From contig NW_027192194.1 in NCBI RefSeq assembly GCF_041956535.1, forward strand, positions 1,050,976 through 1,114,975: a stretch of DNA of 64,000 bases. The letters run 5' to 3'. Shown in pieces: positions 54,727 through 64,000 of this stretch. The stretch comes from Calcarisporiella thermophila CBS 279.70 (taxonomy: Eukaryota > Fungi > Calcarisporiellomycota). The position numbers were made by a program, and so were the translations under genes. The notes beneath the pieces are model-generated. The model did not search any database. It worked only from the letters and a program-made list of their open reading frames with translations, and was not told the origin of the DNA. Each line of letters starts with the position of its first letter. The first letter of the stretch is position 1.

Positions 54727-57027
54727 TCAATTCTCCTTCTCCTCCCCGAACAAATGCACCATATTCTTCACAAGGTTTCCCTTCGGGCGAGCTGGTGATT
54801 CTCCATTTTCCGACTTGGGTGTATCAGGGACATGCTTTTCGTCGTGCTCCTTTCTCGGTGGTTCCACGACTATTTTCACGTCAGAAACGGTTTTGGAGGG
54901 GGGCTCCTTTTTCACTCCCTCCGTCTTTACAGCTTTTCCCTCCTTTTTATGCTCTGGAATCGACCCCGAAGTAACTTGTTTATCGGCTGCTTTAACTGTT
55001 TTCTTCACTTCTGATACTCTTTTGGTGGTTTGTTCTTTCTGCAAAGGCGGTTTGGTGGGTTCTCCTGAAGAGGGTTTATTTGGCTTTTTCACGATGTTTG
55101 TGGCCCCAGCGGTCGGCTTCGCGGCCGCATTTATTGTAGGGAGAGGGTTTTTCGCTGTGCTTGTTTTTGCAGCGGTAGGCCGTGCACTTGTTGACACACT
55201 ACGAGACGCGCCTGTGGATATAGAGGTAGATGGAGGTACCTTGGCCGCTGCAGCACTAGCAGCGGTAGGCCTCATCAACGAAGCAGAGACTGATCGCACA
55301 TTTGGGCTTTTTGCTCCTGCACTAGTTGTGGATGGTTTACGAAACGCGCCCACGTTAGAAGAGCGCTTGGCATCGACGGAGTCAGTAGCACCTTCTTTTT
55401 TAGCAGAAGAGAGGCTGGGGGTGTTTAGCTTCGTCGTACTAACAACTGACTTTTTCAAAACACGACCTGGAGCACTGACACTAGAAATGGGGCCAGTGGG
55501 CACAGTAGGCTTCTTTGGACTAGCGGAGGCTGAGGGTTTACTTGTTACTGAAGTGGTACCTCCCTTCGATGTCACGGGTCTTGATGCTGTTGTCTTGGCA
55601 GTTGCAGACGACGTTGCTTTGGCTGCAGGTTTAGTAGTAGCTTTGCCAGCATCGCCAAGCTTGACCTCCGTCTTTTTCAAAACTCCAGAAGTCTTTTTTG
55701 CATTCCCAGCTGGTCCGCCAACGCATTTCTTTTCTTCTGGCCTTTTCAATTCCTTCGTGGAGTTTTCTACAATTTCATTGGCATCCTTTGGACTTTGCAC
55801 CTCTTCTTTCTCCTTTTTAAGGGATTTCAGTTCTGGAAAGACAATCGTGATTTCCCGGAGCGCACTCTTCTCCGAATCACTGCCATGCCCGGCATTCTGC
55901 GAGCCATCAGTTCCGAATAATGCACGAATACTCCCAGGGGATTCTACCCGTGCTTTAATGGAGTCTGTAGGCCCTAGAAGAGCGCGCCAACTGGAAATGG
56001 CATCTTCCTTTTCGAGGATGAGAGCATATACTGGGGCACTAAAACAGCAAATGAGTGGTAAGCATCGATAGGTAGGGAGAGGGATGTGTAACCATCCTAC
56101 AAAGATAGCACAAATACTACCTGCTCATCCATGTTGTCAAAGTCTCATAAAAGGCCTTTCCTTCGTGCTCTTTGTAAAACTCACGTGTCTGTTCGAGAGT
56201 CAGTGTTAGCTCCTTCTCGGATACTATCTCAAACCCATTTTCTTTGATCATCTTTAGAATTTCGTCCTTGCGCCCAACACTGTATGCATCTGGTTTAATG
56301 AGCGCGAGGGTTCGCTGAGTGGTGTTGAGAGGATTGGATTCGAGATTTTCAGTAGCTGCAGTGGCAGGAGCAAGCTCAGACTGCTCTTTTGATACAGTAG
56401 CTTGGTGATCTCCTGTAATACTAGTTAAAGTGGCTGGTTCAGAGGAAACTAAAAGCCGTCCCAAGTAGTTAGCTCTCCCAGTTTTTACAACCTCTGAGAC
56501 TTTATTTTTCTTACTTGGGGACTCTTCATGTTGAGCCTCCTCTACCTCCAGTGCCTTTTCATGAAGTATCACATTGTTCTCTGTTCCAGTAGTATTTTCC
56601 GAGGAAAGTTTAATATGTTCCCCTTCCTGGAGTCCATCGGCTGTATTATCACTAGCCTGCTTCCCTTGTTGGAAATTGTCCACGTTTACAACTTCGTTTT
56701 GCAATTTGGCATCCTCTTCGAGAGCTGACGACTCAATAACTACAAGTATTTCCCAGGATATAACCAAAACAGGTTAGAGCTTATCGCTCGAGAGTAAAAA
56801 GGCCAAGGGCATTTTCCAAAGACTTGGAAGGGAGAGTTTTTTCTTCCTACCTTCCTGTGCTCCTTCACCCCCGAGATCAGAACCATTCTCTTTTGAGGTA
56901 TTTTCCTGTTCACCAAGTCATGTATAGTAAACCCGATAAGTTAAAACTATGCTCTCAAGAGGAAGAGTCGAGCAAAATATACCCCTGCTTCGTTGGCTGG
57001 CTGAGGTATCTCTAAGTGATCCGACAT
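54727..57027 (-). CDS. Group II-type nucleoside diphosphate kinase domain protein with an acidic N-terminus and a long basic K/S/T/A/P-rich tail, ~4 exons
   Basis: Spliced NDK domain QRTLALIKPDA...FYKEHEGKAFYETLTTWMS|SAPVYALILEKEDAISSWRALLGP...SIRALFGTDGSQNAGHGSDS..SALREI. The frame continues into ORF 54727..55800. Confidence 0.85.
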
Positions 57028-57365
57028 GGGGACGTTGCAGCTGATGAGAAGTAAAGATGGTTTTGTGAAGAAAACGAAAGTGAGGCAATAATGGAGAAAT
57101 GGAAATTTAACGCGTTTTCAACTCCTGTGAACATCGGAGTCCAGAAATAAATTCAGGATTAGCCTCTGCGTGCTTAAAAGGAAAAGAAAATTTATATTAT
57201 ACACTTATGAAAAGGTAGGAAGAAAAGAGTTGAAAAGCGATGAGAGAAGAGACCATATCTAATGGATTTAATGGAACAAAAGGAGTACAGGGAAAAAGGA
57301 GTGAAAAAGACAACGAAGAAAAAAGAAGCAGTAACAATATATTCCAGCAGAAAATATAAGCATAC

Positions 57366-58170
57366 TCATTCAGAGGGGGGAGGAGGTGGAGTTGGGCTCC
57401 TAGATACCCTGCGCGCAGACGAATATTCCCTCCTAGCATGCCGCATTCCCGTCAGTCTTGGAACAGACATGCGCCTATCCAATCGGATAGGACTGTGCGG
57501 TGTAGGCAAGTCTCCGAGGGCAGGAAGGAAACCGTCATAGCAGGGTTCAGGCAAGAGCCAGTCACGCAAAGACCCACGCCTAGCCGCAAGACGCTCCAGA
57601 ACCCGTTCAGGCCATCGGTCCGACGAGTTACGGCTGCTTCTGCCTCCAGACGCAGTGGCTGGAGGTGAGAACAAAGGATGTTCGATCCATGCCGTCTCAT
57701 TCCCACTGCTACTGCTACTCCCGGGAGTATCATCATAATTGGCCCCTCCGACATAGTTCGCATTATTCCCCAGCAAGGTGTGCAAAAGAGCACGATGGCG
57801 AACTTGGGTCTCAGCACTTTGGTTGTAAGGGTGCTGGCGAGAGTGTTTGTGGGCAGTTTCCTATATTTCAGAATGGCAACATGAAAATCAAGAACATTTA
57901 CAATTTTGCAGCATCGCCTACTCACTTTTATCATGATCTCGAAGAGCTTCCTCACGGTTCTGTCATTGATATCTAACGCATCCGCGAATTCATCGAAAGT
58001 GATAATGTTTTCATCCTAAACCAGAATGGTTAAAATAAATAATATCTTCTAAATCCTGTGCCATTATGTAACACCACCTTCTCCTTGATTTTCTCCAAAA
58101 CTTGTTCAAACAGCTGTCTAAATTTCTGCTTCAAGAGGTTGTCGTAGTGTTCGTGACACCATTTTCCCAT
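57366..58170 (-). CDS. Uncharacterised protein, 3 exons
   Basis: Spliced translation MGKWCHEHYDNLLKQKFRQLFEQVLEKIKEK|DENIITFDEFADALDINDRTVRKLFEIMIK|ETAHKHSRQ... joins ORF 57366..57785 through GT-AG introns. Confidence 0.65.
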
Positions 58171-58537
58171 GATACAGTAACGCTCAACAAAGTGAAACGA
58201 TTAGAACAGAAAATTGGAAAAATATAAAATCGTTAAGCAGAAATAAAGAGAGCAGAGAAAAAGCGTGGAGAAAATAGAGTCAAGGGGGGCAGAATGAATG
58301 AAAACAGATTGACTGGTTTTGCAGCGTATACTAGAGAAGAGAGCGAGACTTTGAGCAGGATCGTGACAGGGAGGATCGGAGAGAATGAGTAAAAAAGTTA
58401 ATAAAGAAAACGAAAAATAAAGTGCGCAGCTTGAAAATTTTATGATTGGCTGGCTATTAATGACATCATTATCCTTTTCATTTAGCCCTCTTCCTTTTCG
58501 TTTTTTTTTTCATGATCATTTATTGATTTGAAAAAAA

Positions 58538-59263
58538 ATGCGTGGCCGCCGTATCTTATACGTTACAGGCTTTGCTTCAGACGTACGAGCTAGAGATTTG
58601 GCATATGAATTCGAGAGGTATAGTTCGAATTAAACGCACAATTTTGCTCAAATTAATACATACCTATTATTTTCAGATATGGACCCTTAGTGCGCTGCGA
58701 TATCTCCAGGTCCTATAAGGATGATCGCCCAATTGCCTTCGTTGAGTTCGAAGATCCGAGAGATGCGCAGGATGCATGGCATCAATTGCATGGCCGAAGG
58801 TACCCATTCAAATTATTCAAAACAATCTTAGTTATATGCTCATTTACACTGAATTCGTAGAGTCGGAGAATATCGCATTCGGCTTCAATGGGCAAGGAAT
58901 CCTCCTCGATATGACCGTAGACGTAGCCGCAGTCCTCCTCGACGAAGGCGCTACTCTCTTTCACCACGTCGACGCTACTCGCCTTCACCACGTCGACGCT
59001 ATCGTTCCCCCTCTCCTCGAAAATACTCCCGCTCACCTAGGCGCCACGAATCGCGCTCACCCCAAAAACGTGAATCACTCTCTCCGAGAGAGCGATCTCG
59101 CAGCCCCCGCTCTCGTAGCCCGCGCTCACTTAGCCCACGTTCTCGAAGCCCATCTCGGTCTCCATCCTCCCGCCGCGATTCCCGTTATTCTCGCTCTCCC
59201 AAACAGAAGTCCCCCTCTCTTTCCCCTCGCCCTCAAGAAGATAGAGAGGAAGAATCCATTTGA
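58538..59263 (+). CDS. SR splicing factor (RRM + RS domain, Srp1-like), 3 exons; not in the ORF track
   Basis: [63 protein letters not shown], followed by RS/SP repeats (RRRYSLSPRRRYSPSPRRRY). Confidence 0.9.
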
Positions 59264-60648
59264 GTCGATATGGATTTTCACAGTGCAAATATAAATAAAG
59301 ATGACTGAGGAAAAGGGTAGATAGTTTACCCATTTTGGAACTAGTCCCTCGATCGCTTCATTCCTTTCATACATTTTTTTTTTGCATCCAATTTTTTTTC
59401 ATTTTACTTAACATATTCTCTCCACGTTATTTTGCACCGTGTGCTTTCTTCACTCACAAGTAAAATAAAAAATAGAAGTGAAGCGGATTGATCACGGATA
59501 TTTTAAGCTAATTCGACATGGCCTAGTTAGCCGCAAGAATGTTTGAATTAAGGTTTTTAAACTCGAATTTCTCCCTAACTACTTTGTATATGTGATATGA
59601 AGCAAGCAAAGCTGTCGACTGATGGGAGACACGTGGGACCAAGACTACCCCTCCTCTCAAGATTTGCACCAGAAAGATGGAGGAGCATGTAGAGCCATTA
59701 AGAAATGTTCGCGTTTCTTTATAATTCGATAAATTTTTACCAGTAATTGAAAAGAAGATATAATGTCTTATATCTCGTTTATAAACAAAAAAAATGAGTA
59801 AATAGCAGTTAAAAATAATATATAAAAATGTCATTATCTATTATCCAAGCTTTCATCTTTTATAAGGTTTCACATAAAAGTAGTAGTGAGCAGCCGAGCA
59901 CTATGTGGACCATGCATAGGGAAGACTTTCGAAGTCTATACTGCTATAACACATTGATATATGCGCCAAGCTTTACTTTTTTCAATGAACCCAGGTATCC
60001 ATTTTGGACTCGATGCCCTGGTACCCAGAAGCATCGCTACTTTGACAAGGCGACTCAATAATAAGTACAACTGGATCCATCAGAGCATCCGTCGGAATCT
60101 CTTTATTACCTTGAAAGCATAATGCCAAGCTATTGGGCCTTCGCTAGGAGAGCTGCACCACGAAGTTGCTTAAAAGAAAACACTGCAAAAACTCTTAGAA
60201 ACTGCTCTGGTATCCCATATTTGCAAATGGAGACTTCCTCAGGATCCTTCTAAATTTCACAGCCACTCGATATTAATTGCATGTTACTAAATTATTGAAA
60301 GCTACTGAGTTCTGGGAAAAACCCTGATGAATGGTTTTTATTTAAATATTTTTTTTTAAACTTTTAGAGAAGTTTGAGACAACTTGAATATTTCATAATT
60401 TATTAATAAAAAGGCATTTGGCCAAATAAATATAAGGAACGTGTAATTTTCATCAAGTTATAGATTTAGCAATTTTATAATACTTATAGCCATAAACTTC
60501 TACTACATAAGTTACTATGTAATTAAGAAGCTCGTATGTTTACAAGATAACTTTTTTTAACCAATTCAACAATAAAATAGACACCGTCCACCTTAACTGA
60601 ATATTCGTGCATACAGCTCGAACTAATTAAGAGCCTTCAGTTAGTGGA

Positions 60649-60852
60649 TCAATGATCACCAGAGCAATCCACTTCACAATCGCGAGTCTGGCAGCACACG
60701 CCGTGAGCTCCATTCCTCCAGCACCTTGGGGTACACACGCGACTTGCTATTTGAACATCATCACCGTTTGCAGCTGGCGCTGCTACTGTGGATGGTACAG
60801 CCAAGCATACCAGCATCAAAAAAAGTAGCTGAATAACTGCCTTCAATTGCAT
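60649..60852 (-). CDS. Small secreted cysteine-rich peptide precursor (67 aa)
   Basis: Signal peptide MQLKAVIQLLFLMLVCLAVPSTVA, a short acidic pro-segment ending in R, then VCTPRCWRNGAHGVCCQTRDCEVDCSGDH. The ORF is GC-richer than its AT-rich flanks. Confidence 0.75.
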   Translation of the reverse strand: MQLKAVIQLLFLMLVCLAVPSTVAAPAANGDDVQIASRVCTPRCWRNGAHGVCCQTRDCEVDCSGDH

Positions 60853-61218
60853 TTGGGATAAGGTAACTTTTCTTTTTGGTCAAGAATGAATAGTGTTGGG
60901 GTAGATCTTTTGGCTGCTCTTATGGTTGAAATATCGAACTTTTTATAATGAAGCTAATGTATCACATCGGGAAAACATAGACAATACAAGTTAAACACAA
61001 TAATACTATCAAAATATTATAAAGTTATCATATAATAAGGTTGGTGTAATGACCGAATCTTATAACAATAAATATTCTCACAATGGAATCAGTTAAATAA
61101 TAAAGATTAAGAAATGATCAAAGCTATGAGCTCCAAGGCCTCCTCCCTCGTTACTGCGCCATTGAACAATATAGTGCCAAGTTGACACTGCCAAGAATAC
61201 GGATAAGCCGTGTTCGGA

Positions 61219-61587
61219 GATTAGAGTAGAGCAATAAGCCTACGGATAGTTACCGCTTTGTGGGTAATATTTTACTTAGGCTGCCAATTGCTGGGCTATT
61301 CGGCATCTCCTTTTTTCTTATAGATTAATACGTTGTCTCTTTCTTCGAGAAATCTGTCGGTTTGTCCGTAATGAGGGGCGCATTGAAAACCGGTTGAAAC
61401 ATTAAGATTAGAGTAAGAAATAAGCCTACGGATGGTTACCGCTTTGTGGATAATATTTTACTTAAGCTGCCAATTGCTGGGCAAAACGGCATCTCTTTTT
61501 TTCTTATGGATTAATATGTTGCCTCTTTCTTCGAGAAATCTGTCGGTATGTCCGTCATGAGGGGGCTCGTTAAAAAACGGCTGAAGT
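61219..61587. repeat. Tandem direct duplication, period 187 bp, two diverged copies
   Basis: GATTAGAGTA...AATAAGCCTACGGAT.GTTACCGCTTTGTGG.TAATATTTTACTTA.GCTGCCAATTGCTGGGC...TCTTTCTTCGAGAAATCTGTCGGT.TGTCCGT.ATGAGGGG starts at 61219 and again at 61406. Confidence 0.95.
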
Positions 61588-63500
61588 GTAAGGGGTAATC
61601 TCGGTTTCGAAAGCTCGGTAGAATTCCGCCGTCAGTCCATTCGGGCCAGGTGACTTTATCGGGACCTACCGAACGTCTTTCCTCACGTAGGTGAAGTATT
61701 ATGGTTAATTTTTTTAAAAAAAAAATCAGTGGAAACTCTTTGAAAAGATTGTATTTTCCCTTTGGATGTGAGTACTTGCGTCCTGTGGTTTATATACAAA
61801 ATATCGTAAAAGCGAAAGGAGCTTCTTAGCAATATTATTAAATACAAGTGCTAAATCTTGAAAAGCTAAATACTTGGAATGGATTATCTAGGTATTTTAT
61901 GCTTTCTCGAGATTGAAGGTGATTTCTTGATAATTGTCGATCTGGATTGATGAGTTCTTTTATCATTCCTTCTTGGATCTTTTTTCATCTTTTTTCATCT
62001 TTTTCCCTATATGCCTGTTGTCATTGCCCTATGATAGAAATAAATAAATCATATAGAAATTTATCTTTGATTGTAAATTATGTTCTGGTCATTAGCTTAC
62101 TTTTTTTTTCCTTTTAGGACGCGAGATCTTGCTACTTATTTTTGTAGCCGCTTAATATTACTTGCTTGTTGGTATACTATTGATAGCGGTTGAGTCCTGA
62201 GAAAAAACGGCAAACTCTCACGGATGAGTGTCGCCTACGACTAATGCAGTTCCCGATTTTTTTTAAAGAAAGACCTTTATTGAAAAGTACCCTATCCTGT
62301 TAAAAAGGTAAGGTAGCTTCTATGTCAAAATCTCCCAGGTAATGCTCCTGGCCTACCTTGCAGAATCTGGAAGATAGAAGGAAAAGTAAGAAAGAGAGAA
62401 AGAAAAAGATATAAGTGGAAGAGAGAAAAGGTGATGAGGAAAGAGTTAGGAAAGTATGGAAACAGAAATTAGCTTAATAAAGAAGGGGAAAGGAATAAAT
62501 GTGAGAGGGAGGGATAAAAAGTTGTGTGCAACGGTATTAAGATAGGCTGCTTATGTACATGAAATAATGAAGAGAAGGGAAGGATTGAAAAAGTAAAGGA
62601 AAGAAGAGAAAAAAAAAGAAAAAAGGAAAAATATGGAAAAGGATGATAGAGGGAGTGGTATTAATATACAGCGGTGAAGGGTTGGGTGCAGTTCTCAAGC
62701 CGGAGTTGGGACTGGGATTTGATCTTCAGAGGTGTCCTGGGTGAGAATCACAGAATCATCTATGATGTTCACCCAGTTTCCCCTTGACCATTTATCGATA
62801 AAGTCTTTTTTCCGATCCTGTTTCATTGCCATCGCCCACTTGGACTTTATTCCTCGCTTCAGTTCATGGTCAAATTTTTTGGTTATGGCTACCGGGTTGG
62901 GTTGGGCATCGTCCAGCACTAATTCAAGTCTCGAGCGGTATATTATCCACAGGGCTATGTCGTGGCCCAGAGCAACCACTTTGTTGAAGCGTTGGTCTAT
63001 TTGTTTGTCTTGTCCAAACAGTATGTCTTCTTTCGTGGATTCGTGTGGCAGTATTCCAATTATTCGGCAGTTTGTCTCGTCAACTCTTTGCCAGAGTTGT
63101 GCGATAGCTGGGCAGTCTAGAAAGGCATGGGCAATTGTTTCGGGTATTCCTAAGGAACACCTTTTGCAAGTATTTGGATCTCCAGTCCATTTGCTAGTGA
63201 TGATTCCGGTAACTATTTTATGCTTTATAAGTCTCCAGCGAAGGATTCTGTGCTTGGGTTCTGACGGACGACTTTTCCACCTAGCTCATGCCTTCATCCA
63301 TCTGTCAACGTCACAGGAAACGTCTTTCCATTCCTCGGTGATTATGGTTGGCGTATCCTGCTTGTATAGTCTCCCAGCTTTGGTGGTGTAAGCGGTGGTC
63401 TCAAACCCTGCAATAGAACATTTTGTTAAAGGAAAATTGTGTTCGTTACCGACAAGGGGGATACGCTGTGTGGGAGTTTCGGCGCGTGCTACCCTCCCGA

Positions 63501-63906
63501 TTTTTTTTTTTTGTTAAGGGAATTCATTTTATTTTAAAAATAAGATTCCATATAAAGTGATAAAGTCGACAAAAATAAAATATTTCTGCGATAAGCTTAA
63601 TTATATTTGGGCTTTAGTTCTTCGACAAGCTTAATGTATTCTGCTTGAGCATCTTCCTTACTCATTCTTTTAAGATCATTCCAAGCATTCCATTTATATT
63701 TGGCTTTGAAATCAAACATGCCAGGCGCAGCAGTGTCATTATCACCATTAATACCTTGTTTGAAGAGAGCGTACAACTTCAAGAGCTCATCATCTGTAGG
63801 TTTAGAAGTAAACTTTTTAACATCTTCAGATGCTTTAATAAAAGTGGCATTTCCAGTAGATTGAGCGTCAGTCATTTTGAGAAGTTCTAGTGCTTAATCG
63901 ATTCTT
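63501..63906 (-). mobile_element. Processed (retroposed) ACBP mRNA copy flanked by a 19-bp target-site duplication
   Basis: 31-nt 5'UTR, intronless CDS, 84-nt 3'UTR with AATAAA (63533-63528) and A12 (63512-63501). Direct repeats gcgcgtgctaccctcccga (63482-63500) and gtgcgtgctatcctcccga (63907-63925). Confidence 0.9.
63597..63875 (-). CDS. ACB1: Acyl-CoA-binding protein (ACBP), retrocopy with an intact ORF
   Basis: KPTDDELLKLYALFKQ..GDN...PGMFDFKAKYKWNAW...MSKEDA..EYIKLVEELK. Confidence 0.93.
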   Translation of the reverse strand: MTDAQSTGNATFIKASEDVKKFTSKPTDDELLKLYALFKQGINGDNDTAAPGMFDFKAKYKWNAWNDLKRMSKEDAQAEYIKLVEELKPKYN

Positions 63907-64000
63907 GTGCGTGCTATCCTCCCGAGTGACTTGTGACTGTCAAGGTGACTTGCCCGTACCAAAAACCAATTTTCTCGTAACAAAGATGTTACGGGCGAAA

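Larger units (their letters stand above)
62257..64000 (-). mobile_element. Non-LTR retrotransposon (LINE, L1/Tx1-like) 3' portion, decayed, interrupted by an ACBP retrocopy; probably continues beyond the window
   Basis: Minus-strand ORF2 C-terminus with a zf-RVT-type CCHC (WRLIKHKI...CKRCSLGIPETIAHAFLDCP..QLW) and ALWIIYRSR, stop at 62695. One internal TGA at 63288-63286. Pyrimidine-rich 3'UTR, AATAAA at 62281-62276 and an A8 tail at 62264-62257. The frame is also open from 63925 to the window end. Confidence 0.85.

Noticed and set aside
54815-56071. 418-aa plus-strand ORF
   Set aside because: Antisense shadow of the low-complexity K/T/A/S tail of the NDK-domain gene; no independent motifs.
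57452-57955. RGS-like phrase LDFHVAILKYRKL in the ORF
   Set aside because: It falls almost entirely in a GTGAGT...TATAG intron of the 57366-58170 gene.
58776-59294. 172-aa plus-strand ORF from the track
   Set aside because: Out-of-frame reading of the SR protein's RS domain; it runs through an intron.
59800-60300. Moderately GC-rich patch that might be a gene or TE relic
   Set aside because: The frames examined are interrupted by stops and show no recognisable motif.
61219-61587. Possible CRISPR-like or coding repeat array
   Set aside because: Only two long units, no repeat-spacer structure, eukaryotic context, and no sustained ORF found.
62732-63391. 219-aa plus-strand ORF
   Set aside because: Antisense to the LINE ORF2 remnant, which carries the recognisable CCHC motif.
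62251-63512. TCCCGA-T(n) pair read as the TSD of a 5'-truncated LINE
   Set aside because: The right-hand T12 is the ACBP poly(A), and its flank belongs to the 19-bp repeat matching 63907-63925. The LINE frame continues past the insert.

Overview
This is a gene-dense, intron-rich eukaryotic window. It has short GT-AG introns, coding GC of roughly 45-55% and AT-rich intergenic DNA. Gene content points to a fungus, probably an early-diverging lineage; this is an inference. About 25 mostly housekeeping genes are present: LEO1, ADO1, MSP1, YCG1, a LUFS+polyQ+WD40 protein with plant LEUNIG-like architecture, an intronless PPR, RPA2, ERV29, an ammonium transporter, a bacterial-type GH20, DED1, MUTYH, a histidine phosphatase, SFR1/MEI5, sphingolipid C9-methyltransferase, MSH2, POP4, a DUF1206-like protein, GH16, NDUFS2, a group-II NDK-domain protein and an SR splicing factor. 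The last ~4.5 kb is accessory. It holds a secreted 6-Cys peptide gene, a 187-bp tandem duplication and the 3' part of a decayed LINE. A complete, poly(A)-tailed, AT-rich ACBP mRNA retrocopy has inserted into that LINE's ORF2 with a 19-bp target-site duplication. Both poly(A) junctions, the LINE's own and the retrocopy's, abut the same hexamer TCCCGA, which suggests sequence-preferring target-primed retroposition. Exon boundaries were read by eye, and multi-exon coordinates are start-to-stop spans.
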